From a virus (taxonomy: Duplodnaviria > Caudoviricetes): DNA of 63,566 bases. Shown piece by piece: positions 47,051-57,521 of the stretch. A program made the translations under genes and the position numbers. Under the pieces are notes generated by a model. The model made no database searches, was not told where the DNA came from, and saw nothing but the letters and a program-made list of their open reading frames with translations. The stretch spans positions 1 to 63,566 of IMG/VR virus record IMGVR_UViG_3300036803_000058, one strand, 5' to 3'. Position 1 is the stretch's first letter; every line of letters starts with the position of its first letter.

Positions 47051-48291
47051 CAGGCGGGTGCTCCTGTCTGGATGGCGCCCTGAGCGCCGGGGCTGACGAA
47101 CGACGGCGGTGCGCCCTGCTGCACCGGCGGGATGCGCTTCAGGCTCGGCTTGGCCACCGTCTGTTCGGCGCGCTCCTTATGCGCCTTCTGCACGAGGTTC
47201 TGCAGGAACTTCTCGCCGTACCAGCTGGCCGCCGTCTCGGGCATCACGAACTCGCCGGGCTCGACGCGGGCGTTCACGTCGTCCTGCTGCGCACCGCCTG
47301 AGGGCGAGGCCGACACCGGCACCGTGGCGCCAGGGGCGCCCATCGGTGGCGCACCGGTGGCGATCGCGCCACCACCGTCCGCATAGTGCGGGATCGTGCC
47401 GCCGCCGTGCGCCGCCGCGGCAAGCGGCGCCACGGTGCCAAGCCAGCTACCGACGCCGCCCAGCATGCCGCTGGAACCGAACATGCCGCTCGAGCCCATC
47501 ATGCCGTTGAGCGCGCCTAGGCCACCCATCGCGGCGGTGATGCCGGCGTTGCCGGACTGCGCATCGAGCTTAGCTTGATCCTGGAACAGATTGGCCTGCG
47601 CCTGCTCAGCCTGCGCCCACTGCGCCTGCTCGGGGCCGGCGACGCCATACCACTGCACCGGCGACCCTAACGTCGAAGCGTCGGTTGAGGCCGCGGCGAG
47701 CGGTGCGTTGACCGCCTGGTTCTGCGCCGACAGTGCCACGCCGGCCCCGGTCGCCGCCTGGCCTGGCAACTGCAGGCCCGTCTGGATCGCCTGATTGAGC
47801 AGCTGCTGGCCGGTCATCGTCGTGTTGATGTCGCTCTGGGTGCCGGCCGCCGCTTCCGATCCCGCCGTCGCTACGCCGGCGCTGCGCAGCGCGCCTCCAG
47901 CCATGCCACCCGACGGGTCAGACACCCCGTAGGACGCGAGCTTCTGCTTGGCGTTGGAGAGCGCGGCGTCACCCGCCTGCGCGGCTCCCGAGACTGCCTG
48001 CCCCCGGTTCAGCGCCAGCCGACCGGGCGTCGCATAGTTCTTGGCGAAATCCAGCTGCTGCTGCATCGCCGGCATGTACTGCTTGTTGTACGTATCGAGC
48101 AGGTTCTGAGCCTGGCCGCCCCACATGGAGCCCTGGCCCATGGCGCTGCTCGACACCTTGTTCGCAGTCGCCAGATTATTCGCCATCGCACCGGAGAGCG
48201 TATTCCACTGCGTGTCGCCGTAGCCGCTCTCCTTGTTCGCCATGTTAGTGGCGGCGGTGACGTAGGCTGAGGGGTCGTAGGTGACGGCCAT
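47050..48291 (-). CDS. Putative internal virion (ejection) protein
   Basis: Ala/Gly/Gln-rich; DDVNARVEPGEFVMP...YGEKFL motif. Confidence 0.65.
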   Translation of the reverse strand: MAVTYDPSAYVTAATNMANKESGYGDTQWNTLSGAMANNLATANKVSSSAMGQGSMWGGQAQNLLDTYNKQYMPAMQQQLDFAKNYATPGRLALNRGQAVSGAAQAGDAALSNAKQKLASYGVSDPSGGMAGGALRSAGVATAGSEAAAGTQSDINTTMTGQQLLNQAIQTGLQLPGQAATGAGVALSAQNQAVNAPLAAASTDASTLGSPVQWYGVAGPEQAQWAQAEQAQANLFQDQAKLDAQSGNAGITAAMGGLGALNGMMGSSGMFGSSGMLGGVGSWLGTVAPLAAAAHGGGTIPHYADGGGAIATGAPPMGAPGATVPVSASPSGGAQQDDVNARVEPGEFVMPETAASWYGEKFLQNLVQKAHKERAEQTVAKPSLKRIPPVQQGAPPSFVSPGAQGAIQTGAPA

Positions 48292-48300
48292 TGTGATCCC

Positions 48301-48594
48301 CTAGGTCGTGTGCAACGTACCATCATCGTGGGCGACAAGGACAGGCAGCCACGCGGTGCCGTCCCAGTAGCTCATGGTGAGGTTGGGCAGTTCGGTAAAC
48401 CAGAGGTCGCCCATCGTCTGAGCAACCGGCGGCTGGCTCTGCACGAAGACGCGCGTCGCCGGCTTGCTGCCGCGCGTGCCCAGCAGCCATTCCACGCTGG
48501 ACTTGAGCGCGTTGATCGACGCCAGCATCCCCTCCTGCGTTTCGTCGGGCAGCGGGATCGCCGGCAGCTTGGGAGGCCTGAAAGTGGCCATCAT
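48301..48594 (-). CDS. Hypothetical virion protein
   Basis: PPVAQTMGDLWF...YWDGTAW module. Confidence 0.55.
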   Translation of the reverse strand: MMATFRPPKLPAIPLPDETQEGMLASINALKSSVEWLLGTRGSKPATRVFVQSQPPVAQTMGDLWFTELPNLTMSYWDGTAWLPVLVAHDDGTLHTT

Positions 48595-50348
48595 ACCTGC
48601 CTCAGGTCATGCGGGCTCTGGCCGATCTGCACGTTCAGGATGTCGAGATAGCCTTCGAGCTCGAACTGCACGACGTCCGGCTTGAAGCCCGAAGGCATGC
48701 GGAACACCTGGCCGCTCTTGCCGCTGAGCGTCTGCTGGAACTTCACCATGCCATCGCAGATGAAGCGGAACACGGTCGGCCCCTCGAGCGGGGGACCCGG
48801 CGGCGTGAAGCAGAAGATGCGCGCCGCACCCCAGTTCTGCCGGTACGGCATCTGGAATTCCTTCGAGCGCCAGCGGTATTTGTTGCGCGGAGCGGCCTGT
48901 GTGAAGTCGATATGCTGGACCTGCCCGTTGCGGATGATCAGCACCTCGCCAGTCCAGTTGTCCTGCATGACGTTGAAGATCGGGTCGGCGCTCGGGAACC
49001 ACACGACGCCGACGCGCGGGTCGATGTAGTCGACCCAGATGCCCTTATAGGCGCCGGTGTAGTCCTCCAACTGGATCATGTCGGTCTGCCACGCATTGGG
49101 CTCGCTGGTCGGCACGGTGCCATCCTGGAACACCTGCTCGCTTACGCCGCCGACCGTGAAGTAGCCGTTCATCAGCCAAGCCGCGTGCATGTACTCGACC
49201 CGCAGCATCTGCGGGAACTGGCTCTTGTCGAACATGTTCGTGGTGACGTTCTGGCCGCCATACGGGCTGATCTGGATCAGTCCGTTCTGGCTGGCGTAGA
49301 CCACGCCCTTGGGCGTGTTCACGATCGAGCCCTTGCAGCCGACCGGCTCGAGCGGCGCGATCTTCGAAAGCGCCATCGCGTCAGGCGTGATGCCGGTTAC
49401 GACATAGGTCTGGCCGGCGCTCAGGATCACGGCCGACTGGCCCCAGACGCCCACGCCGATCACCTCGGCCTCGACGCCCAGCATGTACTTGGTCGGCCAC
49501 GCATGCGGCAGATAGGGCTCACTGAACCAGACCTGGTTCGAGCGCCAGCCCACCATGATGCCGTTGGGCATCGGCACCATGCCCTTGAGATCGGTGGCCG
49601 GCTGTTCGTAGTCGGTGCTGGCGAGCTCGTTGTTCTCCGCGACCGTGCCGTCGGGAATGCTGTCGTCGTAGGTCAGCGTGGCGATCGGGAGCTCGACCAC
49701 GAAGAAGAACGAGGCCATGCCCTGGGTCGACGTCACCGTGCGGTAGATGCGAACGGTCGCGAGATCGCGGTTCGCCAGTTCGCCCGAGGTCGGCGGCGTC
49801 AAGCCGATCGTCCACACGCCATCGACGTTGCCCGGCAGCACCGTCGGGATCGCCGGCTGACCTTCCTCGCCGTAAGCGCTCACCCAGGTGTAGGTGTAGG
49901 CGCGCGTCTCGACCGGCCCAGTGCCACCCGCCACCGTCACGCTGGGCGGCGTGTTGGGGAACGGGATGCCGAGGAGCAGCCGGGGGTCGTCCGCGGTGAT
50001 CCGGCTCTCGGTGGTGTAGCCCGGCGGGTTCTGGCCGTCCGTCCAGTAGTAGCGCGGGTCGTCCTGGCCGGTGACCGGGCTCTTCACGACAACGGTATCG
50101 GCGTTATCAAATTCGAGCCACTGGCTGTCGGCGATGTTCTTCACCGACGAGCTCACCAGCGGGATGCGATAGGCGTAGCGCGTGGTCGAGTTCTGCAGGG
50201 TGTAGATCGGCACGATCGCCGCAACAGGCGCGATCCGTCCATTGAGCAGCCAGGAGTTCTCAGCATACGACGCATTATTCTGCTTCAGCAGATAATCGTC
50301 GATCAGCGGGATCATCCCGCCGAACTCCTCGACCTTGATCGCTACCAT
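48591..50348 (-). CDS. Tail nozzle / stabilisation protein
   Basis: FGGMIP, YTYTWVSAYGEEG, FSEPYLPHAWP and WRSKEF motifs. Confidence 0.7.
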   Translation of the reverse strand: MVAIKVEEFGGMIPLIDDYLLKQNNASYAENSWLLNGRIAPVAAIVPIYTLQNSTTRYAYRIPLVSSSVKNIADSQWLEFDNADTVVVKSPVTGQDDPRYYWTDGQNPPGYTTESRITADDPRLLLGIPFPNTPPSVTVAGGTGPVETRAYTYTWVSAYGEEGQPAIPTVLPGNVDGVWTIGLTPPTSGELANRDLATVRIYRTVTSTQGMASFFFVVELPIATLTYDDSIPDGTVAENNELASTDYEQPATDLKGMVPMPNGIMVGWRSNQVWFSEPYLPHAWPTKYMLGVEAEVIGVGVWGQSAVILSAGQTYVVTGITPDAMALSKIAPLEPVGCKGSIVNTPKGVVYASQNGLIQISPYGGQNVTTNMFDKSQFPQMLRVEYMHAAWLMNGYFTVGGVSEQVFQDGTVPTSEPNAWQTDMIQLEDYTGAYKGIWVDYIDPRVGVVWFPSADPIFNVMQDNWTGEVLIIRNGQVQHIDFTQAAPRNKYRWRSKEFQMPYRQNWGAARIFCFTPPGPPLEGPTVFRFICDGMVKFQQTLSGKSGQVFRMPSGFKPDVVQFELEGYLDILNVQIGQSPHDLRQV

Positions 50349-50364
50349 CTTACCCTCTGGGTAA

Positions 50365-50619
50365 TTACTTGCCGCGCTTGCGTCGCACCGCCGCTTCGAT
50401 CTCTTCTTCGGTCGGCGGCGGCAATGGGGCGACCGGCACCACCGGCTTGGCGATCTCATAGTTGCGGCCGAGCGCCCGGATCTCCTCCATGCGTACCTCG
50501 TCCTCATCGCGATCGGCCTGCTGCTTGCGCGCCCATGCTTCCTTCTGGCGCACGGTATCGGCAGCCCGTGCCTCGGTGATCTTGCGTCCCAGTTCGATCT
50601 CGGCTCGTGTGTTGCCCAT
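50365..50619 (-). CDS. Hypothetical protein
   Basis: TAGGAG RBS. Confidence 0.55.
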   Translation of the reverse strand: MGNTRAEIELGRKITEARAADTVRQKEAWARKQQADRDEDEVRMEEIRALGRNYEIAKPVVPVAPLPPPTEEEIEAAVRRKRGK

Positions 50620-50627
50620 GGTGTCTC

Positions 50628-51539
50628 CTAGAACTTGATGATCGTGTTCTTGATCATGGTCCGCTGCACGGTGTTGTGCGGCCCGTCGCCACCGGTGTTG
50701 CCGGTCGTGACACTGCCGTCTGGCACAGGGATACCAGAGCCACCCCCCGACCCGGCGAAGCCCCCTGACTTGGTGCCAGGATGGTTGTGGCCCGGCATCT
50801 CGGCGATGACCAGCGTGTGCAGGCTCTCGCCGCCGACGTAGCCCAGCTTGGTGCCGTCGACGCCCGCCGGATTGGCGACGATGTCGAGGTGGCCGGCGGT
50901 GGCCGTGCCGCCCATCGTGTCGGAGCCGGCCGTCACCGCGCCGCGCTCATCGGGCAGGCCCATCGGGTTTCCCGCCGCCCAGTCAGCGGCCGCCGTCGCG
51001 CCGCGGCCGCCGGTCACCGGGCACACCGTGTTGTCGAGATTGGTCCAGCAGAACAGGTACAGGTTCTCGTAGAGATCGTTGGCGTGCGTCGCCGCCGATG
51101 CCCCGCTGCCGAACGTCTCGCCGTTGCAGAACAGCCAGCCGCCCGCCGGCAGGGTGTTGGAGTACCAGCCGATCGTGCCGCCGACCGGCATGGCGCTGCC
51201 CGTGACGACTGTCGTCCAGCTGCCGTTGACGTAAGCCTCGAGCAGGTTGTTGTCGACGTTGTAGCGGATCATCCCGTTGGACGCGGGCGCCGGCCGCTGG
51301 GCCGACGTGCCGCTCGGCAGGTCGATCGCCCCGTTGCCACCGACGTGCATCGTGCCGTCTGGGTCGATCGCCAGCGGGAGCTCCTGGATGTCGCCGCTGT
51401 CCGACGTATCGCGGCCCAGCACGATGCCCGACTGGTCGGTTGTGAGCGCGTGCTCATCGTTCCACGCCGACGGCCCTAGCAGTGTGCTGTCCGGGCCATC
51501 CGCCTTGGGCGAGATGAACTTGTGGAGGAAGCTCAGCAT
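50628..51539 (-). CDS. Tail fibre with collar domain
   Basis: PSGTSAQRP, GWLFCNG, LPDERG, GGESLHTL...EMPGHNH and HNTVQ motifs. Confidence 0.8.
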   Translation of the reverse strand: MLSFLHKFISPKADGPDSTLLGPSAWNDEHALTTDQSGIVLGRDTSDSGDIQELPLAIDPDGTMHVGGNGAIDLPSGTSAQRPAPASNGMIRYNVDNNLLEAYVNGSWTTVVTGSAMPVGGTIGWYSNTLPAGGWLFCNGETFGSGASAATHANDLYENLYLFCWTNLDNTVCPVTGGRGATAAADWAAGNPMGLPDERGAVTAGSDTMGGTATAGHLDIVANPAGVDGTKLGYVGGESLHTLVIAEMPGHNHPGTKSGGFAGSGGGSGIPVPDGSVTTGNTGGDGPHNTVQRTMIKNTIIKF

Positions 51540-52180
51540 CAGGCCCATCCCTTTCGGCTGATCGTCGACCAGCCTTGCGGGTAGCTCCACGCCTGCCCGC
51601 CGTAGAGGTTCATGCGCTGCACCTCGACCTTCGCCTGGCTCTTGCCCGAGCGATAGCGAACGCCAGCGCCGCTCGACGACTTGGGATCGCTGAACGTCTT
51701 GGAAGGTTCACCCTGCAGATAGGCCAGCACGCCGTAGTAAAAATCGTCGTGCCACTTGTCGATGATCCAGTCATCGACCACTGGGTAACCGGTTAGAACC
51801 GGCGGAGTGCCAGTGACGGCCGGCGTCGAGCACGCCTTGGCGATGCGCGCCACCCAGTTCTTGCCAGGCTCGGGCGCGTAGTAGAAATGCAGCTGGCCGG
51901 GCACCGGCATGCTGATGCCGTTCATCACCCAGCGCGGCGGCTGCACGGTGGGATCGAACACCAGCATCAGCCGGTTCGCCGTACCGCCATCGAGCACCAT
52001 CTCGTAGTCGACTTCGTCCTGCGCCGTGACGAACGGCACGTCCTCGGTCCAGCAGTTGGTGTCCTGCGTCCAGTCGACCAGCACGGCGGTGATCTCGAGC
52101 CGGATCATGGCGTCGGTCGCGCCGGGCACCGACGCCTTGATGCGCTGGAACAGCGTGGTCCAGGGTGCGGGTTCGCTCAT
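51539..52180 (-). CDS. Putative tail adaptor protein
   Basis: Position and size. Confidence 0.55.
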   Translation of the reverse strand: MSEPAPWTTLFQRIKASVPGATDAMIRLEITAVLVDWTQDTNCWTEDVPFVTAQDEVDYEMVLDGGTANRLMLVFDPTVQPPRWVMNGISMPVPGQLHFYYAPEPGKNWVARIAKACSTPAVTGTPPVLTGYPVVDDWIIDKWHDDFYYGVLAYLQGEPSKTFSDPKSSSGAGVRYRSGKSQAKVEVQRMNLYGGQAWSYPQGWSTISRKGWA

Positions 52181-52653
52181 GTCACCCCCAAGAGGATCTG
52201 GCTGAAGCGCTGCACCAGCGCGCCGGCGCGCTGATCCTGCGTCTCCTCGTCGTCGCGCATCTGGGTGAGGCCGACGGTGTAGTAGACGAGCGGCGGCACG
52301 TACTGCGGCTCGATTACCATCGAGTCGCCCATGTTGACGCTTGAGAACGACGGGATCTTGAAGTCGTTCTCGAGGAAGATGTCGGGGCGCAACCGGTACA
52401 TCTCAATCATGCCCATGTTGATGTTCGCCACGATCTCGTCGTCGGGATACCGGTACTGGCCCGACGAAGCATCGGTGTCCTGCAGGAGCACCCGCACCTG
52501 GTCGACCACGTCGCCGACCAGCGTGAAGTTGGCGGCGAGGCTGTAGAGCCCGATCACCCATGCGGTGCCGTCCCACTGGTACGTGATACCAGCAGCGCCG
52601 GTGTACTTGTCACCGACGTTCGGACTGGACGGGAAGTCGAGCTCGATCGCCAT
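52177..52653 (-). CDS. Putative head-tail adaptor with N-terminal FPxxP..YxWDG module
   Basis: VRVLLQD...YRY...RLRPDIF. Confidence 0.55.
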   Translation of the reverse strand: MAIELDFPSSPNVGDKYTGAAGITYQWDGTAWVIGLYSLAANFTLVGDVVDQVRVLLQDTDASSGQYRYPDDEIVANINMGMIEMYRLRPDIFLENDFKIPSFSSVNMGDSMVIEPQYVPPLVYYTVGLTQMRDDEETQDQRAGALVQRFSQILLGVT

Positions 52654-52655
52654 GG

Positions 52656-53660
52656 CTAACCCTGCGGCTGCTGCGGCTGCTCAGGCGCTGGCTGAGGTTG
52701 GTCGCCCGTCGTCTCGACATGATCAGCGTGCTCGACATTGTCGGCGTGCTCGACGTTCTCGGCGTGATGGCCGCGATGCCGGTGCCGACGCTTGTGGTGC
52801 TCGGGATGATCCGGGTGGTCGGGGTGGTTCGGATCATGCGAGTGATCCTGCTCGTCGTGCTGCTGGTCGCCCGTCTGTCCGTAGGACGGGTCGTGGGTCA
52901 CCCGCCGCGGCTCGTTACCCTCGTGGGTAACCTTCGCCTGGCGCTCCTTGGCTTCCTTAGTGCGCTTCTCGTCGAGCTTCGCCTTAGCCGCCTCCGATGG
53001 GATCTTGATCGGCAGGCCGGTGTCCGGGTCGGTCAGGGGATCGACCGGCGGGTCGTCGCCGTACTCCTCGTAGATCTGCTCAGGCGTCATGTAGCGGAGC
53101 TCGAGCCAGCGCCCCACCTCGAGCGCCTTGGCCATGACCTCCTCGTCGATCACGTCCTCGGCGCGTGGCATCGCCTCGACCTCGTCGTCGGGATGGTTGC
53201 CCGGCGCCACGGCATGGTCCGGGGCCGGCGTCCCGCCGTAGATCGGTCCGTCCGTGGTGGGCGATGCCGTCCGGCGAGCAGGCGGCGGCGCCTCGGGTGC
53301 TTCCGGGAGCGCCCAGTAGTCGGCCGGGTAGTAGCGCTGCATGTAGCGCAGCCCAACCGCGGTCGCCTCGTCGTCGTCCATATGCTGGAACTCAGGCTTC
53401 GGATGGGGCACCTCGCCATCCTTCTCCGTCGGCACCGCGCTGTCGAACGGCTTGGGCAACAGCCGGCCGTGGTGCTCGTTGACCTGCGCCTGCGCCTTGG
53501 CGGCGCTGTCGGGCGTGTTGTCGCCCGGCCGGCGCGCGCCGGGATCGAGCGTGCGATGGGCCTCGGCCTGGGCTTCGGTCGTGTCGGGCTGACGGCCGGC
53601 CATGCCGGTCGTCTCGGGTCCGCCGGTGTTGGTGGCGGTCGGCAGTGGGTCGGTCATCAC
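52656..53660 (-). CDS. Acidic, His-rich, probably disordered protein
   Basis: 334 aa; AAGGAG RBS. Confidence 0.6.
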   Translation of the reverse strand: MMTDPLPTATNTGGPETTGMAGRQPDTTEAQAEAHRTLDPGARRPGDNTPDSAAKAQAQVNEHHGRLLPKPFDSAVPTEKDGEVPHPKPEFQHMDDDEATAVGLRYMQRYYPADYWALPEAPEAPPPARRTASPTTDGPIYGGTPAPDHAVAPGNHPDDEVEAMPRAEDVIDEEVMAKALEVGRWLELRYMTPEQIYEEYGDDPPVDPLTDPDTGLPIKIPSEAAKAKLDEKRTKEAKERQAKVTHEGNEPRRVTHDPSYGQTGDQQHDEQDHSHDPNHPDHPDHPEHHKRRHRHRGHHAENVEHADNVEHADHVETTGDQPQPAPEQPQQPQG

Positions 53661-53893
53661 TTGGCTCCTTCCATGAGTTCACGGACTTTGTCGCACGTTT
53701 CGATGACGCTGATGATCTTGCCGTTGCTGAGGGCAAGCACGCAATTCACTCCACTCGTCACGAGCTTGTTCTTCGACTGGCCGGCGCCCTCTCGCGTCGT
53801 ATGCAGCGCCACGATATGCGCCGGGTTCAAGTCGATCTCGGCCCCGCCGCCTTCGTGCAGGATGATGAAAGCGGTGGCCACCAGCTCGATCAC
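53657..53893 (-). CDS. Small hypothetical protein
   Basis: GTG coupled to the upstream stop; EIDLNPAHI...VIET. Confidence 0.5.
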   Translation of the reverse strand: MIELVATAFIILHEGGGAEIDLNPAHIVALHTTREGAGQSKNKLVTSGVNCVLALSNGKIISVIETCDKVRELMEGAK

Positions 53894-54948
53894 GGTCCCA
53901 ACTCGCGAACGACCATCCACGACTTGATGTTCGGATTGTTCTGGGACGTCGCACCATCGTTCGTCTGTCCCTGCCGCCACGTCTGGGCGCTGTTGCCACC
54001 CAGTCGAAAGTTGAGCGTCATGGCTGCAGTGCCAGGCGAGGGCATCACTGTTTTGAACGGCAACGTCTGCTGGATCACGTTGCCTGCCCCGATGTAACAC
54101 TGCTGACAATCGACGTAGGTTGATCCATTGAACAGCGCCAGCGTCCAACATTCCGTCGCGTTCCCGTTGCCCTTGAACGTCCCCTCGACCTCGATCTTGC
54201 TGGTGGCGCTCATCGGCGTGAAGTTGATGCTGTCGAGCGCCGCTCCCTGCGAAATGAGGAACGGCGTCAACTGACCGGAGTTGAACGTCCCTATGATGTT
54301 GCCGGTCACCAAGCTCTGCTTGACGGCCGTCTGCAGCACCACGTTGCCGAGGCCCGGTGGACCTTGCACGCCCGGTGGACCTTGCGCGCCGACACCGACC
54401 TCGGTAATCGACATCGTGGCCTGAAGCGCACCGCCATAAAAGCGACCACTGTCGTTACGGTTAATATACGCCGCCGAGCCGCCGCCGTAGCGCAGTTCAA
54501 AAGTGTGCGTCCCCGCTGCGAGCACGCCACGCCAACGAATGCGCAGTGGCACCAGAGCCTGTGCAACATTGACGTTCATCGCCTTGGCCGCAACCGCATC
54601 CGGCGCGTTGTCGATGAACAGACAGAGCCCGTAGTTGACACCCGCACCGCCGGTGCCTGTGACGATCTCAGCGTCCACGTCGATAGGATTACCGGCGTTC
54701 TGTGCCGTGAACACGCGCTGGAAGACGCGCGCACCTTCGCTGATCTGCGGGATCGTATCGTCGAAAGGAATGACACCAACAGCGGGGAACGTCGCGTTGG
54801 TCATGTCGAAAGTCGGCGCAGCCGTCGGCAGGAGCGCCGCAGGCGAGTAGACCTTCCAGATCGACCCCGTCCAGATGTACGCCACGCCGTTGGGCGCGTT
54901 GAACACCTGATTGGCGGCCGGTGCGTTGGGGAAGTCGATGGCGGCCAT
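53890..54948 (-). CDS. Fibre/decoration protein with short collagen stretch
   Basis: IDFPNAP...YIWTG module, GXY triplets, beta-rich C-terminal domain. Confidence 0.7.
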   Translation of the reverse strand: MAAIDFPNAPAANQVFNAPNGVAYIWTGSIWKVYSPAALLPTAAPTFDMTNATFPAVGVIPFDDTIPQISEGARVFQRVFTAQNAGNPIDVDAEIVTGTGGAGVNYGLCLFIDNAPDAVAAKAMNVNVAQALVPLRIRWRGVLAAGTHTFELRYGGGSAAYINRNDSGRFYGGALQATMSITEVGVGAQGPPGVQGPPGLGNVVLQTAVKQSLVTGNIIGTFNSGQLTPFLISQGAALDSINFTPMSATSKIEVEGTFKGNGNATECWTLALFNGSTYVDCQQCYIGAGNVIQQTLPFKTVMPSPGTAAMTLNFRLGGNSAQTWRQGQTNDGATSQNNPNIKSWMVVRELGP

Positions 54949-56297
54949 CAAGCGTACTCCCTGACAGTCATCCACGAGCGCAGGTTCGGGTTCGCCGAAA
55001 AGCCCGCGCCAGTGTTGGTCATGCCCTGCGGCCAGCCGTTACCGCTGTTGGCCCCGACCCGGAAGTTGAAAGTGATCGCCGCCGTGCCGGGCGACGGCAT
55101 GACGGCCCGCAAATGGGCGTTCGCCACGGCTCCGACTACAGACACTCCCTGAAGCTGTACCTGATCGAGGAAGGTCGTGCCGTTGAACAGGGCGATGGAA
55201 AAGACATCGGTACCAGCAGCCGACTTAAAATCAGCGTCGATCACCAGCGTGCTGGCCGCGCTCTTGGGCGTGAAGGTGAGGTTGTCGAGCGCCGCGCCAC
55301 CTGTCGCCAGAGGTGTCGTCACCACCGATGACGAATAGGTGCCCGTCACGACGGCGCGGACGGTGCACTCCTTCTCGACGTGCTGCAGCACCATGCCGCT
55401 CACGGCTGGAGCCGCTGGGACCCACTGCTGCGAAGTGCCGTCGTCGTACCAGAGGTACATGACGCCGTCGTCGGACTTCCACCACATCTGCCCGACAGCG
55501 GGTGATGCAGGCGGCGCAGTGCCGATGAAGATGTTCGCGCCGGCGGGACCCTGGGGACCCGTGGCTCCCGTCGCACCGACGGGACCTTGCGCACCCGTGT
55601 CGCCCTTGACGCCCTGCGGACCTTGAGCGCCGGTGTTACCGACAGGACCCTGCGGACCTTGGGCACCCGTGTTGCCAATTGGACCCTGCGGGCCCGTCGC
55701 GCCCGTGTTGCCAATCGGACCCTGTGGGCCAGGGCTGCCCTGCGCACCGGTGTCGCCCTTCGCACCCTGTGGGCCGATCGGGCCAACCGGGCCCTGTGCG
55801 CCGGTGTCGCCCTTCGCCCCCTGGGGACCGGGATCGCCCTGCTCACCCTGCGCGCCTTGCGGACCGGGGAAGCCCTGAATGCCTTGCGGGCCAGGATCGC
55901 CCTGCTCACCTTGCACACCCTGCGGGCCGAGATCGCCGGTTTGGCCGGGCGGGCCTTCCTCGCGGCCGATGCCAGGATTGCACACGACCCACTGCTTCGT
56001 GTTGCCGTCGTCGTACCAGATGAACAGGAAACCGCGCGCCGTGTCGTACCAGAGATCGTTGTCGGCCGGGTTACCCGGTGGGTAAGGCGAACTGGTGAGC
56101 GTCGGCGTCGAGGTCACCACGGTGGGCGACGGCGCCTGAAGACGCCGATGGCTACCCTGCAGCGACACCACGCGCGCCGCGCGCTGGACCCAGGCCCCGT
56201 GCCCGTTGGCATTCACCAACCAGTCGAACGTGAGCCCGGTCCGCGGGTCGTGCCAGCTGTCGCCCGGCTTCGGCGTCGACGTCGGCGCAGTGCTCAT
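54948..56297 (-). CDS. Collagen-repeat fibre protein
   Basis: About 46 GXY triplets flanked by two LW..D..WYDDG..QWV modules. Confidence 0.85.
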   Translation of the reverse strand: MSTAPTSTPKPGDSWHDPRTGLTFDWLVNANGHGAWVQRAARVVSLQGSHRRLQAPSPTVVTSTPTLTSSPYPPGNPADNDLWYDTARGFLFIWYDDGNTKQWVVCNPGIGREEGPPGQTGDLGPQGVQGEQGDPGPQGIQGFPGPQGAQGEQGDPGPQGAKGDTGAQGPVGPIGPQGAKGDTGAQGSPGPQGPIGNTGATGPQGPIGNTGAQGPQGPVGNTGAQGPQGVKGDTGAQGPVGATGATGPQGPAGANIFIGTAPPASPAVGQMWWKSDDGVMYLWYDDGTSQQWVPAAPAVSGMVLQHVEKECTVRAVVTGTYSSSVVTTPLATGGAALDNLTFTPKSAASTLVIDADFKSAAGTDVFSIALFNGTTFLDQVQLQGVSVVGAVANAHLRAVMPSPGTAAITFNFRVGANSGNGWPQGMTNTGAGFSANPNLRSWMTVREYA

Positions 56298-56314
56298 ACG
56301 ATCCTCCAGATGGT

Positions 56315-56353
56315 AGACGGCCAGTTACCCACCGGGTAACCGGCCGCCTGTCT
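56315..56353 (-). terminator. Hairpin after the capsid gene with the palindrome at its apex
   Basis: CGGCC-A-GTTACCC-ACC-GGGTAAC-C-GGCCG. Confidence 0.45.
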
Positions 56354-56364
56354 CCGCCCGGATC

Positions 56365-57486
56365 TTACGGGATCACCGCTTCGGTCACGATCGCTTCGGC
56401 GACCGCCTTGCCGTCGATCACCTTGTAGCCGAACACCTGCAGGCCGCGGAGCAGCGTGCCGAAGGTGAACTCCGACCGCAGCGTCTCGACCTTGCTGATC
56501 TGCGAGGCGAAGGTGAGGCCGTGCGCATGGCCCGCGAAGAACACCCACTCGCCCGCCGCCAGACCCGCCGGCACGCCGTTGGGCAGGAGGTTGGAGACGT
56601 ACAGGGTGAAGCGGTCGATCATGCCGAGCTTGCCGTTGCGCAGCGGCGAGACGCTGTCGCCGGTCACGTACGCCTGGCGGAGCTCCGACTCCTTGATCAT
56701 CGTCGCGGCCCACGCCGGGATGATGACCCACCGCCCCTGCTCGGGGATGTTCTGCTCGTCGAGCGCCTGGCCCAGCCGCAGGATGACCTGCAGCACGGTG
56801 ATCTGGCCGGCCACCGGCGGGTTCGCCTGATTGGCGACCATCGGGACCGGCGTGCCGGTGACACCCAGATTGATGTTGGCCGAGATCTTGCCGGCGGTCA
56901 GGCCGCGGTTGGCAGGATCGGCCTGATGAAGGATGCCCAGCATGACGATGGTGTCGACCTGGATCTTCATCTGCTGCGCGGCGTCGTCGGACCAGATGCC
57001 CATCATGTTGATGTCGCTCTGGATCTCCATCACGTCGTCGAGGATTTCGTTGAAGTACAGACCCTGGTCGATCGTGAGGTCGACGATGTTGGAGCCCGGC
57101 CGCTCGACCGCGAGGTTGCCGCCCGACAGGTACGGCTTGATGGTGATGGTCGGCTTGGTGCGGATATGGACCCGGTCGCCCTGGTTCCTGATCTCGCCTT
57201 CGTAGTCGGTGTTGCTGATCACCGCGAGCACGGTCGAGGCGTAGAACTTCTCGATCAGCTTGCCCGACCAGATCTCCGGGATGAACGTGCCCGAGTACGG
57301 CGGCGAGGGCTGCACCGAACCCGTCGGGAAGATCGGCGGGGTGGTGCCGCTGGTCGCGAGACCGTAGGCGAACGCGGTGTTGATCGAGAGCTCACCCGGG
57401 TTCGGGATCAGGCCGGGATCGAGCTCGGGGAGCTCAGCGACGGCCGCGCTCAGCTGAACTTTGGGAACGAAGGGACGAAGGCGCAT
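56365..57486 (-). CDS. Major capsid protein
   Basis: FIPEIWSGKL, NTDYEGEI..GDRVHI, LDEQNIP..GRW and RGLQVFGYKV motifs. Confidence 0.9.
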   Translation of the reverse strand: MRLRPFVPKVQLSAAVAELPELDPGLIPNPGELSINTAFAYGLATSGTTPPIFPTGSVQPSPPYSGTFIPEIWSGKLIEKFYASTVLAVISNTDYEGEIRNQGDRVHIRTKPTITIKPYLSGGNLAVERPGSNIVDLTIDQGLYFNEILDDVMEIQSDINMMGIWSDDAAQQMKIQVDTIVMLGILHQADPANRGLTAGKISANINLGVTGTPVPMVANQANPPVAGQITVLQVILRLGQALDEQNIPEQGRWVIIPAWAATMIKESELRQAYVTGDSVSPLRNGKLGMIDRFTLYVSNLLPNGVPAGLAAGEWVFFAGHAHGLTFASQISKVETLRSEFTFGTLLRGLQVFGYKVIDGKAVAEAIVTEAVIP

Positions 57487-57521
57487 GGCACAACCTCTGT
57501 GTGTTGCGACGGCGCCTCCCC

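Noticed and set aside
20860-50579. Long antisense ORFs (20860-22782, 30382-33000, 39683-42415, 48609-50579)
   Set aside because: Typical high-GC3 shadows opposite genes with clear motifs.
42386-51789. Degenerate palindrome-like sites (42386 TTACCCGGACGTGTAA; about 51775-51789 half-site)
   Set aside because: Too many mismatches or wrong spacing; left out of the count.
53890-56297. Diversity-generating retroelement acting on the fibre tips
   Set aside because: No reverse transcriptase, and the copies are too diverged for adenine-specific TR/VR pairs.
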